Shown: in pieces, positions 28,919 to 37,597 of the stretch | How the letters are laid out: the number at the start of each line of letters is the position of its first letter | Numbering within the stretch: the first letter of the stretch is position 1 | Assembly (NCBI GenBank): GCA_046570105.1 | Contig: JBKHVI010000018.1 | Coordinates: 1 to 44,805, forward strand | Direction: 5' to 3' | DNA length: 44,805 bases | DNA from: Bacteriovoracia bacterium | GTDB taxonomy: Bacteria > Bdellovibrionota > Bacteriovoracia > Bacteriovoracales > Bacteriovoracaceae | Translations under genes and position numbers: made by a program | The notes under the pieces: generated by a model | Seen by the model: only the letters and a program-made list of their open reading frames with translations | The model's database searches: none | What the model was told of the DNA's origin: nothing

Positions 28919-29323
28919 CTACTTGGTTTTCGGATTGAGAAGTTGAATCACGCTAATGATAGGAGCTTCACTAGCGACCAAGGCTTTTAGCTTTTTATCA
29001 AGAACCTGCTTTTTGCTGAGCACTTCTTCAAATTTAGATTCAACGATTTTGAATTCTACGTCCCCAATTTGTAGGAGATCGCTATGTTTGACTTTGCGTG
29101 GTTTCGTCGCTCTTTTACCGTTGAGTAACCAGAACTCTAGTTTGGGGTGTGGTTGAACCTGAATAAAGTCAGGGAAGACTTCTACCATAAATGCAAAAGA
29201 GGTAGGGAGGCCTTCAGGAGAAATGTCACCTTGAGGGTAGCCGAGATAAACTTGGTTTTTATGAAAACGCCAAGAACCTTTGAACTCGGGATCAGCGCAT
29301 TTGGTGATATCTATTTCAATCAT
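28919..29323 (-). CDS. Hypothetical protein with an FHA-like beta domain
   Basis: WLLNGKR..KVKHSDLLQIGDVEF resembles an FHA C-terminus; the canonical GR/SxxH residues are not seen. Confidence 0.5.
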   Translation of the reverse strand: MIEIDITKCADPEFKGSWRFHKNQVYLGYPQGDISPEGLPTSFAFMVEVFPDFIQVQPHPKLEFWLLNGKRATKPRKVKHSDLLQIGDVEFKIVESKFEEVLSKKQVLDKKLKALVASEAPIISVIQLLNPKTK

Positions 29324-29325
29324 GC

Positions 29326-31437
29326 TTAGATTGTATCTAAAATTTTCTGATCACGGGCGAGCTTAAGTAGCATGGGATCGATTTTTCCGGGTTGATCACG
29401 CATGAGTTGTTGAACGTCACGGTACACTTTTTCCAATATATGAGAATGTTTGTGAAAGTCGGCCACTCGACGGCGAGTCACGACTCCTGACTGGTCTACT
29501 CCGAAGAGATCACCTTCACCACGATTTTGTAGATCGGCTTCCGCAATCTCGAAACCATCGACGGTTTTCTCCATAACTTCCAAGCGACCCAAGGCCTCAG
29601 ATCCTAGTTCTTGATCGAGAACTAAAAAACAGAACCCAGGCTTGTCACCTCGACCGACTCGTCCTCTTAATTGATGAAGCGAGCTGAGGCCGAAGCGTTC
29701 TGGGTGATAGACACACATAAAGGCAGCGTTGGGTACATTGATCCCGACCTCAATCACACTGGTCGCGATTAAAACCTGAATTTTACCTTCGGTGAAAGCT
29801 TGCACGGTCGCTTCTTTTTCATCGGCTTTCATCTTACCATGCAGCATCGCTAGTTTGATGCCTGGAAAAGTAGCTTGGTATTTCTTATATGACTCAGTCA
29901 CATTTTGCAGATCCATTGTTTCTGATTCTTCTATAGCAGGAAATACGAAGTAGCCCTGATCACCCATTTTAATTCGTTGAAGTATGAAATCGATATATTT
30001 TGGATAATTTGCTTTTGCTACAATGCGAGTTTTAATCCCTTTGCGACCAGCCGGCATGGCTTTTATGGTGGTGAAATCAAGATCACCATATTGCGCCAGT
30101 GAGAGTGTACGAGGGATTGGTGTGGCCGACATGATCAAGCAATGAGTGCCGGCACCTTTAGCTGTAAGTTGAAGGCGTTGCTCAACTCCGAATTTATGTT
30201 GTTCATCAATAATCGCTAGACCCAAATCTTTAAATTTTACACTTTCTTGGAAAAGTGAATGAGTACCAATCACGAGATTGGTTTCACCGGAGATCATAGA
30301 TAGTGCCAAGGCATCTTTGGCTTTCTTTTTCATGCTTCCAAGCAAGAGCCCTGGTTTCAAAAATGGTAAGCTGCCAAATAAGTCTGCAAGAGTTTTGGCA
30401 TGTTGAAGAGCCAGGGCTTCTGTGGGACACATCAAAGCGACTTGTTTGCCATGATGAATCGTCATCAGTGCTACCAGCATAGCCACGACAGTTTTTCCAC
30501 AGCCCACATCACCTTGTAGCATTCGCATCATGGGGTGACCGGTTTGCATGTCGAGGAGAATTTGGTCTACCGACTTGTGCTGGTCTTCTGTTAACTGAAA
30601 AGGCAACAATTTTAAAAATGCCGAGAGTGCTTCAAGATCATTTTTTATAATCGGACCAGTTTTCTTTTTGATAAAACGACGACGCGTGGTGATTTTGAGC
30701 TGATCAATAAAAAATTCTTCATAGGCCAACCGCTCAGTGGCAGCCTTTCTGACTTCGGAAGTTGCTTCTTGAGGAGAAAGTCGAGCATGTAGCACACGAA
30801 AAGCACGATTGAGTTTCATCTCATTGAGCTCATCAGTTCCATAACCAGAGTTAATGTCACTCCAAAAATTTTCAGGCAAACCAGCAAAAAGTTTGGCGGT
30901 GTAGTTTCCGGGAACTTTATTAACGGTTGGGTATTCAATCAGCCAATCGCCTAGTGTTTGCGCCCAGGCTTCATCAAGTAGAGGGTGAACTTTAGGATTC
31001 ACGATCTGATTCTGTGCTCGCCACTCTTGCATGGTGCCCAAGAACCAAACCTGATCCCAATCTTCGATTTGTTTTTTCTGTTGAGGATAGAGATTAAAAA
31101 ATCTTAGAGGAAGAGTGGCTTCACCATTTAATTCTTTAACGATGACATAACCATTATGCAGAAGAAAGCGACCTTTGGTGCGACGGCCAAAGGCGGGTTT
31201 GACTTCACGATGAATGACTTTGCCACAACCTAAAAAAAGCTCACCTTCGCGGGCCTCGCGAAAAGGGCGCACCTTTGGCATAGGAAGAATTCTTAAGGGA
31301 AGAAGCCATAGCAAATCTTCTAAACGCCGAACACCAGCAGAGTACAGTGACTCGAGATGAGCGGAAGGCTTTTTGCCTGACGACAAAGTAAGGAGAGAAG
31401 AATCGCAGTTAACGATACTGGACGGTTTGGACCTCAT
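29326..31437 (-). CDS. recG: ATP-dependent DNA helicase RecG
   Basis: LQGDVGCGKT, IIDEQHKFGV.QR, MSATPIPRTL, QLRGRVGRG, DGFEIAEADL. Confidence 0.97.
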   Translation of the reverse strand: MRSKPSSIVNCDSSLLTLSSGKKPSAHLESLYSAGVRRLEDLLWLLPLRILPMPKVRPFREAREGELFLGCGKVIHREVKPAFGRRTKGRFLLHNGYVIVKELNGEATLPLRFFNLYPQQKKQIEDWDQVWFLGTMQEWRAQNQIVNPKVHPLLDEAWAQTLGDWLIEYPTVNKVPGNYTAKLFAGLPENFWSDINSGYGTDELNEMKLNRAFRVLHARLSPQEATSEVRKAATERLAYEEFFIDQLKITTRRRFIKKKTGPIIKNDLEALSAFLKLLPFQLTEDQHKSVDQILLDMQTGHPMMRMLQGDVGCGKTVVAMLVALMTIHHGKQVALMCPTEALALQHAKTLADLFGSLPFLKPGLLLGSMKKKAKDALALSMISGETNLVIGTHSLFQESVKFKDLGLAIIDEQHKFGVEQRLQLTAKGAGTHCLIMSATPIPRTLSLAQYGDLDFTTIKAMPAGRKGIKTRIVAKANYPKYIDFILQRIKMGDQGYFVFPAIEESETMDLQNVTESYKKYQATFPGIKLAMLHGKMKADEKEATVQAFTEGKIQVLIATSVIEVGINVPNAAFMCVYHPERFGLSSLHQLRGRVGRGDKPGFCFLVLDQELGSEALGRLEVMEKTVDGFEIAEADLQNRGEGDLFGVDQSGVVTRRRVADFHKHSHILEKVYRDVQQLMRDQPGKIDPMLLKLARDQKILDTI

Positions 31438-31879
31438 AGGTCACATCACCCTTCGGTGCCTTAACGATAATTTCATCGCCAGCTTCTTTACCGATGAGTG
31501 CTTTACCCAACGGTGAGCTGTAGGAAATTTTGCTCTTATCAGTCATAGCTTCATCTTCGCCGACGATTTGATAAGTAATTTCTGCGCCTTTTGCATCGGT
31601 GATACAGACGGTGGCGCCAAAAACGATTTTACCATTTGCTGTTTGTTTGATTTCTACCACTCGACAGCGCGCAAGCTTGGCCTGTAGTTCACCAATGCGG
31701 CCTTCAATATGAGATTGTTTTTCTTTAGCAGCCGAGTACTCAGCATTTTCTTTGAGATCACCTAAAGCGCGCGCTTCAGCGATGGCTTCTTTGACACCTT
31801 CGCGTTCCACTTTAATCAAATGATCAAGTTCAGCTTCTAAAAGCTTCTTACCAGTGGGTGTCATGGGAAATTCGTTCAT
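31409..31879 (-). CDS. greA: Transcription elongation factor GreA
   Basis: AR.LGDLKENAEY.AAKE.Q, FGATV, ISYSSPLGKALIGK. Confidence 0.97.
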   Translation of the reverse strand: MNEFPMTPTGKKLLEAELDHLIKVEREGVKEAIAEARALGDLKENAEYSAAKEKQSHIEGRIGELQAKLARCRVVEIKQTANGKIVFGATVCITDAKGAEITYQIVGEDEAMTDKSKISYSSPLGKALIGKEAGDEIIVKAPKGDVTYEVQTVQYR

Positions 31880-31889
31880 GAACTTGATC

Positions 31890-32177
31890 CTATTTTTTGA
31901 AAAGCGCCTTAGCTTTTTCTAACATGTCGTCTTTTGTGGGGCCTGAGCCAGCAGCTCCAGGTCCAAATTTATACCATTCGCAGAAGTTCGCCTTCTCTTT
32001 ATTTACAACGCGTTCAGCAGCAGGTTCACGGCATTCGTTATAGGCCGTTTTATCGTAATGTTTGCAGGCCAAACAGGTGCGCAAATCAGTTCCGCAAGAA
32101 TTGCAGGTATCAGCTCGTCCAGGGGGAAGTGCCTCCATATAAGGCACGTTTTTTCCACAACGGGGACAAGGGCCCAT
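31890..32177 (-). CDS. Small Cys-rich, probably metal-binding hypothetical protein
   Basis: CPRC, CNSC, CLAC plus two further Cys in 95 aa; tightly packed in the operon upstream of greA. Confidence 0.75.
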   Translation of the reverse strand: MGPCPRCGKNVPYMEALPPGRADTCNSCGTDLRTCLACKHYDKTAYNECREPAAERVVNKEKANFCEWYKFGPGAAGSGPTKDDMLEKAKALFKK

Positions 32178-32179
32178 GA

Positions 32180-32722
32180 TTAAAACTCCTTCTGAACACC
32201 TAAACCAAAACCAGAGTTATTGGCAGAGTTAGGATCAGCCGAAAAATAAATGCGGGGGGTATTTCTTTTGTTGTGTTCTTCGATGGCCCGCTGCAAAAGC
32301 CACTCATTATTATACTGATTTGTTCGGGAAATCAAATAACTCACGGCAATTATGGTGAGTCCGCCGAAGATGAGAGTGTTGCGCCCTGTGATAACTTCGT
32401 CTTGACCTTCATTTGAACGCAAGAAACCGGCCAGGGTAACCGCCGTACCTAAAGTACTTAGGGCAGCACCCTGCCAACGAGGACGATTATTTGTTTGGTA
32501 CTCGTCTAAGAGTTTTTTAGCTTCGGGATCACGCTGAAGATAATAACGAAGTCCTTCGCCGCGATTGCTGGAACTCGCGTCTACGAGCACTTCTTGGTAA
32601 TTCACGATGGCCACTCGACTGCATGATTCTTCCGCTTGCCCCGACGGGGACAAAACAAATGAAATAAGAATGAAGAGGACGCATTCGCTCAAGCGCCTCA
32701 CACAATGGGCAAGGTTGTTCAC
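32180..32722 (-). CDS. Hypothetical membrane/exported protein; start uncertain
   Basis: Signal-like N-terminus, two hydrophobic segments, C-terminal GFGLGVQKEF. Confidence 0.7.
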   Translation of the reverse strand: MNNLAHCVRRLSECVLFILISFVLSPSGQAEESCSRVAIVNYQEVLVDASSSNRGEGLRYYLQRDPEAKKLLDEYQTNNRPRWQGAALSTLGTAVTLAGFLRSNEGQDEVITGRNTLIFGGLTIIAVSYLISRTNQYNNEWLLQRAIEEHNKRNTPRIYFSADPNSANNSGFGLGVQKEF

Positions 32723-32771
32723 CCTGTAAGCTTACAGCGGCTCGGCGTATGATGGAAGTACAAGGACGGGC

Positions 32772-34484
32772 ATGGATATTATAAAGACCGGAATCGGTCT
32801 CACAAAAACCATAAAAAATGTCGCGCGGTTTCGCGAGATCTTGACCGTTTTTAGCAAGAACGGCTTTCGCCCATTCATTATTAAGTCTGGAATGGGTCAG
32901 GAAGTCGAAGGTATCAAGTCCAGCGAAGATGGTGATCTTCCTCATGATGACTTGGAAGACAGTGAAGAGGGTTGGGCAAAAGTTGGTGTTCGTTTAAAAC
33001 AAAGTTTCGAGCAGCTGGGGCCAAGTTTCGTAAAAATGGGTCAATTACTTGCGACCCGCGAAGATCTTTTCGACCCTGCTCTTATTCGCGAACTTAAAAA
33101 ACTACAAAATGAAGTTAAGACGATTCCTTTCTCGGAAGCTAGAACTGTCATCCAAGAGTCACTTGGTAAACCTATTTCAGAAGTTTTTAAAGATATTGAA
33201 GAGAAACCAATTGGTACGGCTTCGATAGGTGTGGTTTATCGCGGCACTCTTTTGACTGGCGAAAAAGTGGTTATTAAAGTTCGCAGACCTGGAATCGAAA
33301 AAACTCTTCGCACCGATTTTGAAATCGTTCGTTTCATGGTCACTCAATTAGAAAAAGTCTCCGAGGGCGTTCGATATCTCGGTCTCTCTAGAGTGATCAA
33401 TGATTTCTTCCGTGCCACCATGACTGAGCTCAACTTTTTAACGGAAGCTCAGAACTGTGAAAGGCTTAAAACTAATTTAGCTCGCATAGATGCTCATAAA
33501 GATTTCGTATTGCCACAGGTCTATCGAACAATTTCAAGTCCTAATGTTTTGGTCATGGAGTTTCTCGACGGCAAGCCCTTTAATAAATACCGCTCACTCG
33601 AAGAGCTGGGCCCGGGCATGGTGGAAAAACTTGAACGCAGTGTCGAGTTGTTTGCTCACACACTTTTAGCCGATGGTTTCTTTCATGCTGATCTCCATGG
33701 TGGAAATTTCTTTATTTTGAAAGAGCAAAAGATTGGCCTCATTGATTTTGGATTGATGGGTACGTTGTCTAAGAAGAATCGCGCTAACTTGATTGCAGTG
33801 CTTTATGCCTTGGTGACTCATAACTATGACAACTTAGTGTATGAGTTCTTAGAAGTTGCTGACTATGATGCTGTTCCTGATCATGAGGAACTCATCCGCG
33901 ACATTCGCGAGAATCTTTCTCCTTTTGTTGGGCTTTCAGTTCAAGAAACGAATGTCAGTGATCTCGTGCGAGCCATCATTCAAACGCTTTCTAAGCATCG
34001 TCTCTATTTACCACGTGAGTGGTTTATTATCTTCCGTGCTTTGATGACTCTTGATGGTGTGGGCAAGTCAGTAGGGCTTGATCTCAATATCTTTAAGATC
34101 CTCGAGAAAGATATCCCCAAGCTCTTGGGCGAAGTACTTACTAAAGAGAACGCTCAAGAAGAGGCTATGTGGATTGGTAAAGACCTTCTCACGTCTTTAC
34201 GAATTGTTCCTAAGCATATGAAGTGGTTTTTGCGTGAGCACGCTAAGCGTGGTTATGCGTTTGAGCTGAAAGTGCAAGGGGCCGATAGCTACGTTAAGTC
34301 TGTTTCTCGCTCGCTCTATTTTTTAGGGCTCTCGTTACTTTCTGGAACTTTTGTCATTGTTGGTGCCCTACCATTCATTGGTAACAACCCAGAGAAGCTA
34401 TCGCAAGTCCCCACCATGAGCTGGATCTTTTGGGGTTTGGCCGTCGTGACTCTTTTCAGATCGTTAGTTCTCAAAAAATACTAA
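32772..34484 (+). CDS. ABC1/AarF/UbiB-family atypical kinase
   Basis: LGPSFVKMGQ, PIGTASIGVVY, VVIKVRRPG, FFHADLHGGN, IDFG; two C-terminal TM helices. Confidence 0.93.
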   Translation: MDIIKTGIGLTKTIKNVARFREILTVFSKNGFRPFIIKSGMGQEVEGIKSSEDGDLPHDDLEDSEEGWAKVGVRLKQSFEQLGPSFVKMGQLLATREDLFDPALIRELKKLQNEVKTIPFSEARTVIQESLGKPISEVFKDIEEKPIGTASIGVVYRGTLLTGEKVVIKVRRPGIEKTLRTDFEIVRFMVTQLEKVSEGVRYLGLSRVINDFFRATMTELNFLTEAQNCERLKTNLARIDAHKDFVLPQVYRTISSPNVLVMEFLDGKPFNKYRSLEELGPGMVEKLERSVELFAHTLLADGFFHADLHGGNFFILKEQKIGLIDFGLMGTLSKKNRANLIAVLYALVTHNYDNLVYEFLEVADYDAVPDHEELIRDIRENLSPFVGLSVQETNVSDLVRAIIQTLSKHRLYLPREWFIIFRALMTLDGVGKSVGLDLNIFKILEKDIPKLLGEVLTKENAQEEAMWIGKDLLTSLRIVPKHMKWFLREHAKRGYAFELKVQGADSYVKSVSRSLYFLGLSLLSGTFVIVGALPFIGNNPEKLSQVPTMSWIFWGLAVVTLFRSLVLKKY

Positions 34485-35491
34485 ATTGAATCGAGCCCGC
34501 CGATATAAACAGGGATGCTTTTCGCTCTTAAACGGTTTTTTCCATAATTAAAAAGCTCCGCTAAAATTTCTTCAGCGTTCATCTTGATAGGGAAGTCATC
34601 TTTTTCAACGACGAAATAATCATCACGAAAATTCACGGTATGGCCTAAAAGGTGAGAAATTTTTTTGAGAGCCATAGGATGAGTATTGGGACGCCAGAGC
34701 CCAACTTGTTGGAGGTCTTGGAGGATTTCATCCGGAACTTCTTCATTTTGAGCGGCCCATAATACACCCGCATTACCTAAATCCTTCATTAATCCATTCA
34801 CACCGTCGCGGTGAGCGGCGTCGTGAAGAATCCCTTGAAGATCCATGCCTTTGTTACGGAATGCATAGCCACGTGGAAGCATGAGTAATTCAGAAGAAGT
34901 TATCCCTGCGAGATCATCCCAGTCGCTTTCATCACGCAGAGGCGAGAAGTAGTGCTGGTTGATATTTTGGCGATAAAGTAAAGCGAGGCGCTCTTTATCT
35001 GCGCTGCTTAAATCTTGCAGGAGCTGAGACTTTATTGGTTGTGCCGGGAGAGTTGAACGATAGCACCACTGTTGACCAGCTAAGTGAAAATGCCACTTCT
35101 GATACATCTCATGCTTATCGCTCCATAAAACATAGAGTGCGCATTGAGTGTGAAGTGAAGACAATACTCGCTCAAACAGTAATTGAAAGAGTCCTTGGCC
35201 TCTCTCGCTTTCATCGACAGCAATACCACCTAACATCGCGACAGGAATGACTTCTCCCTGCCAGACGAAGTTACGAATGCGCGTTCCTATGTGGGCCACG
35301 ACTCGAGAAGAAGCGGGATCAATCAAGATATGACGATTATGCAGATTTTTTTGTCCTGCGAGTGGGGCAAAATCGACAGAAAACTTGTGAGGTTTTTGGT
35401 AGGAAAATGATGCCTCAACGAGTGAGTCCGCCTGACTGATTAGCTCAGGAAAAGCATCTAACTTTGCGTATTCAAAAGTTTTTTGAGTCAC
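34481..35491 (-). CDS. GNAT-family N-acetyltransferase (Eis-like N-terminal domain)
   Basis: LGGIAVDESERGQGLF (acetyl-CoA motif A), MYQKWHF. Confidence 0.8.
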   Translation of the reverse strand: MTQKTFEYAKLDAFPELISQADSLVEASFSYQKPHKFSVDFAPLAGQKNLHNRHILIDPASSRVVAHIGTRIRNFVWQGEVIPVAMLGGIAVDESERGQGLFQLLFERVLSSLHTQCALYVLWSDKHEMYQKWHFHLAGQQWCYRSTLPAQPIKSQLLQDLSSADKERLALLYRQNINQHYFSPLRDESDWDDLAGITSSELLMLPRGYAFRNKGMDLQGILHDAAHRDGVNGLMKDLGNAGVLWAAQNEEVPDEILQDLQQVGLWRPNTHPMALKKISHLLGHTVNFRDDYFVVEKDDFPIKMNAEEILAELFNYGKNRLRAKSIPVYIGGLDSI

Positions 35492-35560
35492 GAGACTTTC
35501 CCTCTTTTAGCGATGCTAAGTGGACTTATTGGCCTTGTAAATTTTTTTTACAGTTCGATC

Positions 35561-35587
35561 TCAAGTTCTTTGATGCAGTGTCGAAAA
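35561..35587 (+). promoter_or_regulatory. sigma28 promoter of the flagellin genes
   Basis: TCAA-N15-GTCGAAAA upstream of a flagellin gene. Confidence 0.7.
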
Positions 35588-35661
35588 GTTTGTCATGAAG
35601 GCGGAATTTATACCGCCCTCACAACCATGAAGGTTGTGTGAACCCGAATCAAGGAGGATTT

Positions 35662-36510
35662 ATGGGTTTGAGGATTAACACGAACGTATCGTCCCTTAAC
35701 GCTCAAAGGAACTTGGGTCAGACTCGTCTGGCACAACAAAAGGTTCTAGAGCAATTGTCATCAGGTCAGCGAATCAATCGCGCTGGTGATGACGCCGCCG
35801 GCTTGGCCATCTCAGAAAACTTGAAAGCGCAGATCCGCGGCTTAGGCCAAGCGGAACGAAACGCGCAAGACGGTATTTCTTTGGTGCAAATCGCTGAAGG
35901 TGCCATGTCAGAAGTGTCCAACATTATGATTCGTCTGCGTGAGTTGTCAGTGCAAGCAGCTTCTGACACCATCGGGCCCACAGAACGTAAGTTCTTGAAC
36001 GTTGAATTTGAACAGTTGCTCGCAGAAGTTGATCGTATCGCAAACTCAACTGAGTTTAACCGCGTTCCTCTCTTGAATGGTACTGGTTCAGTATTTGATA
36101 TTCAGATTGGTACACGAAACGACCCTTTAGCTGACCGATTGACCTTTGATGCTTCAAGCGCTGACGTTAACGTTGCAGCTTTGGGCCTTAACTTGGCTTC
36201 GGTATCAGACAAAATCTCTGCGCAGAACTCATTGGCAGCGATTGACCAAGCGATCCAGACAGTATCAGGGATCCGTGCTGACTTCGGTGCTCTACAAAAC
36301 CGTCTTCAGTCTACGGTGAACAACATTCAAGTAAGTTCAGAAAACTTGTCGGCTGCAAATTCACGTGTACGTGATGCTGACGTAGCTTCTGCGACTGCTG
36401 AATTGACTCGTACGAATATCTTGATGCAGGCAGGTACTTCGGTTCTTGCTCAGGCTAACCAGTCTACCACTTCCGCCCTTGGCTTGATCAATGCCACGGC
36501 AAACGGATAA
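35662..36510 (+). CDS. fliC: Flagellin (short, 282 aa)
   Basis: MGLRINTN, LSSGQRINRAGDDAAGLAIS, RADFGALQNRL, NSRVRDAD; SD AAGGAGG. Confidence 0.97.
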   Translation: MGLRINTNVSSLNAQRNLGQTRLAQQKVLEQLSSGQRINRAGDDAAGLAISENLKAQIRGLGQAERNAQDGISLVQIAEGAMSEVSNIMIRLRELSVQAASDTIGPTERKFLNVEFEQLLAEVDRIANSTEFNRVPLLNGTGSVFDIQIGTRNDPLADRLTFDASSADVNVAALGLNLASVSDKISAQNSLAAIDQAIQTVSGIRADFGALQNRLQSTVNNIQVSSENLSAANSRVRDADVASATAELTRTNILMQAGTSVLAQANQSTTSALGLINATANG

Positions 36511-36667
36511 CGGTAGGGATTAGTCCCTGAACGAGATAGATGACCAAACCCTGCAGTTACTCTGAAGTGGGTGTGACTGAAGAGTGTAGCAGACGAAAGT
36601 GGGGCGTATTGCGCCCTAGTAACCACCGGCTGGCGAGGATTGCCACCGAACGAACAAGGAGGTTCAA

Positions 36668-36694
36668 ATGACGAAATATAACAATGGAGCCTAA
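36668..36694 (+). other. Putative 8-aa upstream mini-ORF (MTKYNNGA)
   Basis: AAGGAGG lies 5 nt before ATG 36668; TAA ends 2 nt before the second flagellin's ATG. Confidence 0.4.
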
Positions 36695-36696
36695 TT

Positions 36697-37530
36697 ATGG
36701 GTTTAAGAATTAATACAAACGTTGCGAGCCTTGCGGCCCAACGTAATTTAGGAATTAACAAGACGAATACGGATAATAACTTGAGGAAGTTGTCCTCAGG
36801 TGAGCGTATCACCCGAGCATCTGACGATGCAGCAGGATTGGCGATTAGTGAAAAACTAAAAGGTCATATCCGGGGTATGCGCCAAGCAAGGAGAAACGCA
36901 GATGATGGCATTTCGCTCATACAAACAGCTGAAGGCGGTTTATCTGAAGTCTCCAACATTATTGTCCGTCTTCGTGAGTTGGCAGTCCAAGCGGCTTCTG
37001 ACACAGTCGGAGATGTTGAACGTGGCTTTTCGGATATTGAATTCCAGCAACTCAAAGACGAGATTAATCGTATCTCGAAAGGGTTGGACTTCAACGGAAG
37101 AAAGTTGCTCGACGGTACAGGCGGAGTTGTTGAAATTCAGGTCGGGATCCATAATGATCCATTCCAAGACCGAATTGCCTACGACTCAACCACAACCGAT
37201 TCAACTATCGAATCACTGGGGATCATTGGCGAGACTATTGCGAGTAAAGAAGGAGCACAGCTCACTCTTTCCAAGCTGGACAGCGCGCTTCAAAGGGTTA
37301 GTGGAGTCCGAGCGAACCTCGGTGCCCTACAAAACCGTCTGCAATCCACAGTTAATAACTTGGGGGTTACAGATGAAAACCTTAGTGCGGCCAATTCACG
37401 GATCAGAGATGTTGACGTAGCGGCGGAAACGGCTGACTTGGCGAGGAACAATATCCTTAACCAAGCATCGGTGTCGGTTCTTGCTCAAGCGAACAACGCT
37501 CCGCAGTTTGCTCTGAAGTTGCTCTCGTAA
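36697..37530 (+). CDS. fliC: Flagellin, second paralogue (277 aa)
   Basis: MGLRINTN, LSSGERITRASDDAAGLAIS, RANLGALQNRL, NSRIRDVD. Confidence 0.97.
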   Translation: MGLRINTNVASLAAQRNLGINKTNTDNNLRKLSSGERITRASDDAAGLAISEKLKGHIRGMRQARRNADDGISLIQTAEGGLSEVSNIIVRLRELAVQAASDTVGDVERGFSDIEFQQLKDEINRISKGLDFNGRKLLDGTGGVVEIQVGIHNDPFQDRIAYDSTTTDSTIESLGIIGETIASKEGAQLTLSKLDSALQRVSGVRANLGALQNRLQSTVNNLGVTDENLSAANSRIRDVDVAAETADLARNNILNQASVSVLAQANNAPQFALKLLS

Positions 37531-37543
37531 GTCACACCCACGC

Positions 37544-37572
37544 AAGGTGGTCCCGAATGGGACCACCTTTTT
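37544..37572 (+). terminator. Rho-independent terminator after the flagellins
   Basis: AAGGTGGTCCC-GAAT-GGGACCACCTT followed by a T-tract. Confidence 0.92.
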
Positions 37573-37597
37573 CTATTTTTTTTGTTACAATCTTCCT

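Noticed and set aside
36511..36696. Possible c-di-GMP riboswitch in the flagellin spacer
   Set aside because: The GEMM-type GGCAAA..GAAA..GACGCAAA pattern is not present.
36902..37420. 172-aa alternative-frame ORF inside flagellin 2
   Set aside because: Fully nested in a conserved gene, no recognisable motif, Ser/Leu/Arg-rich composition typical of shadow frames.
35662..37530. Similarity between the two flagellin genes as a repeat or phase-variation cassette
   Set aside because: Ordinary diverged paralogues; no invertase or inverted repeats seen.
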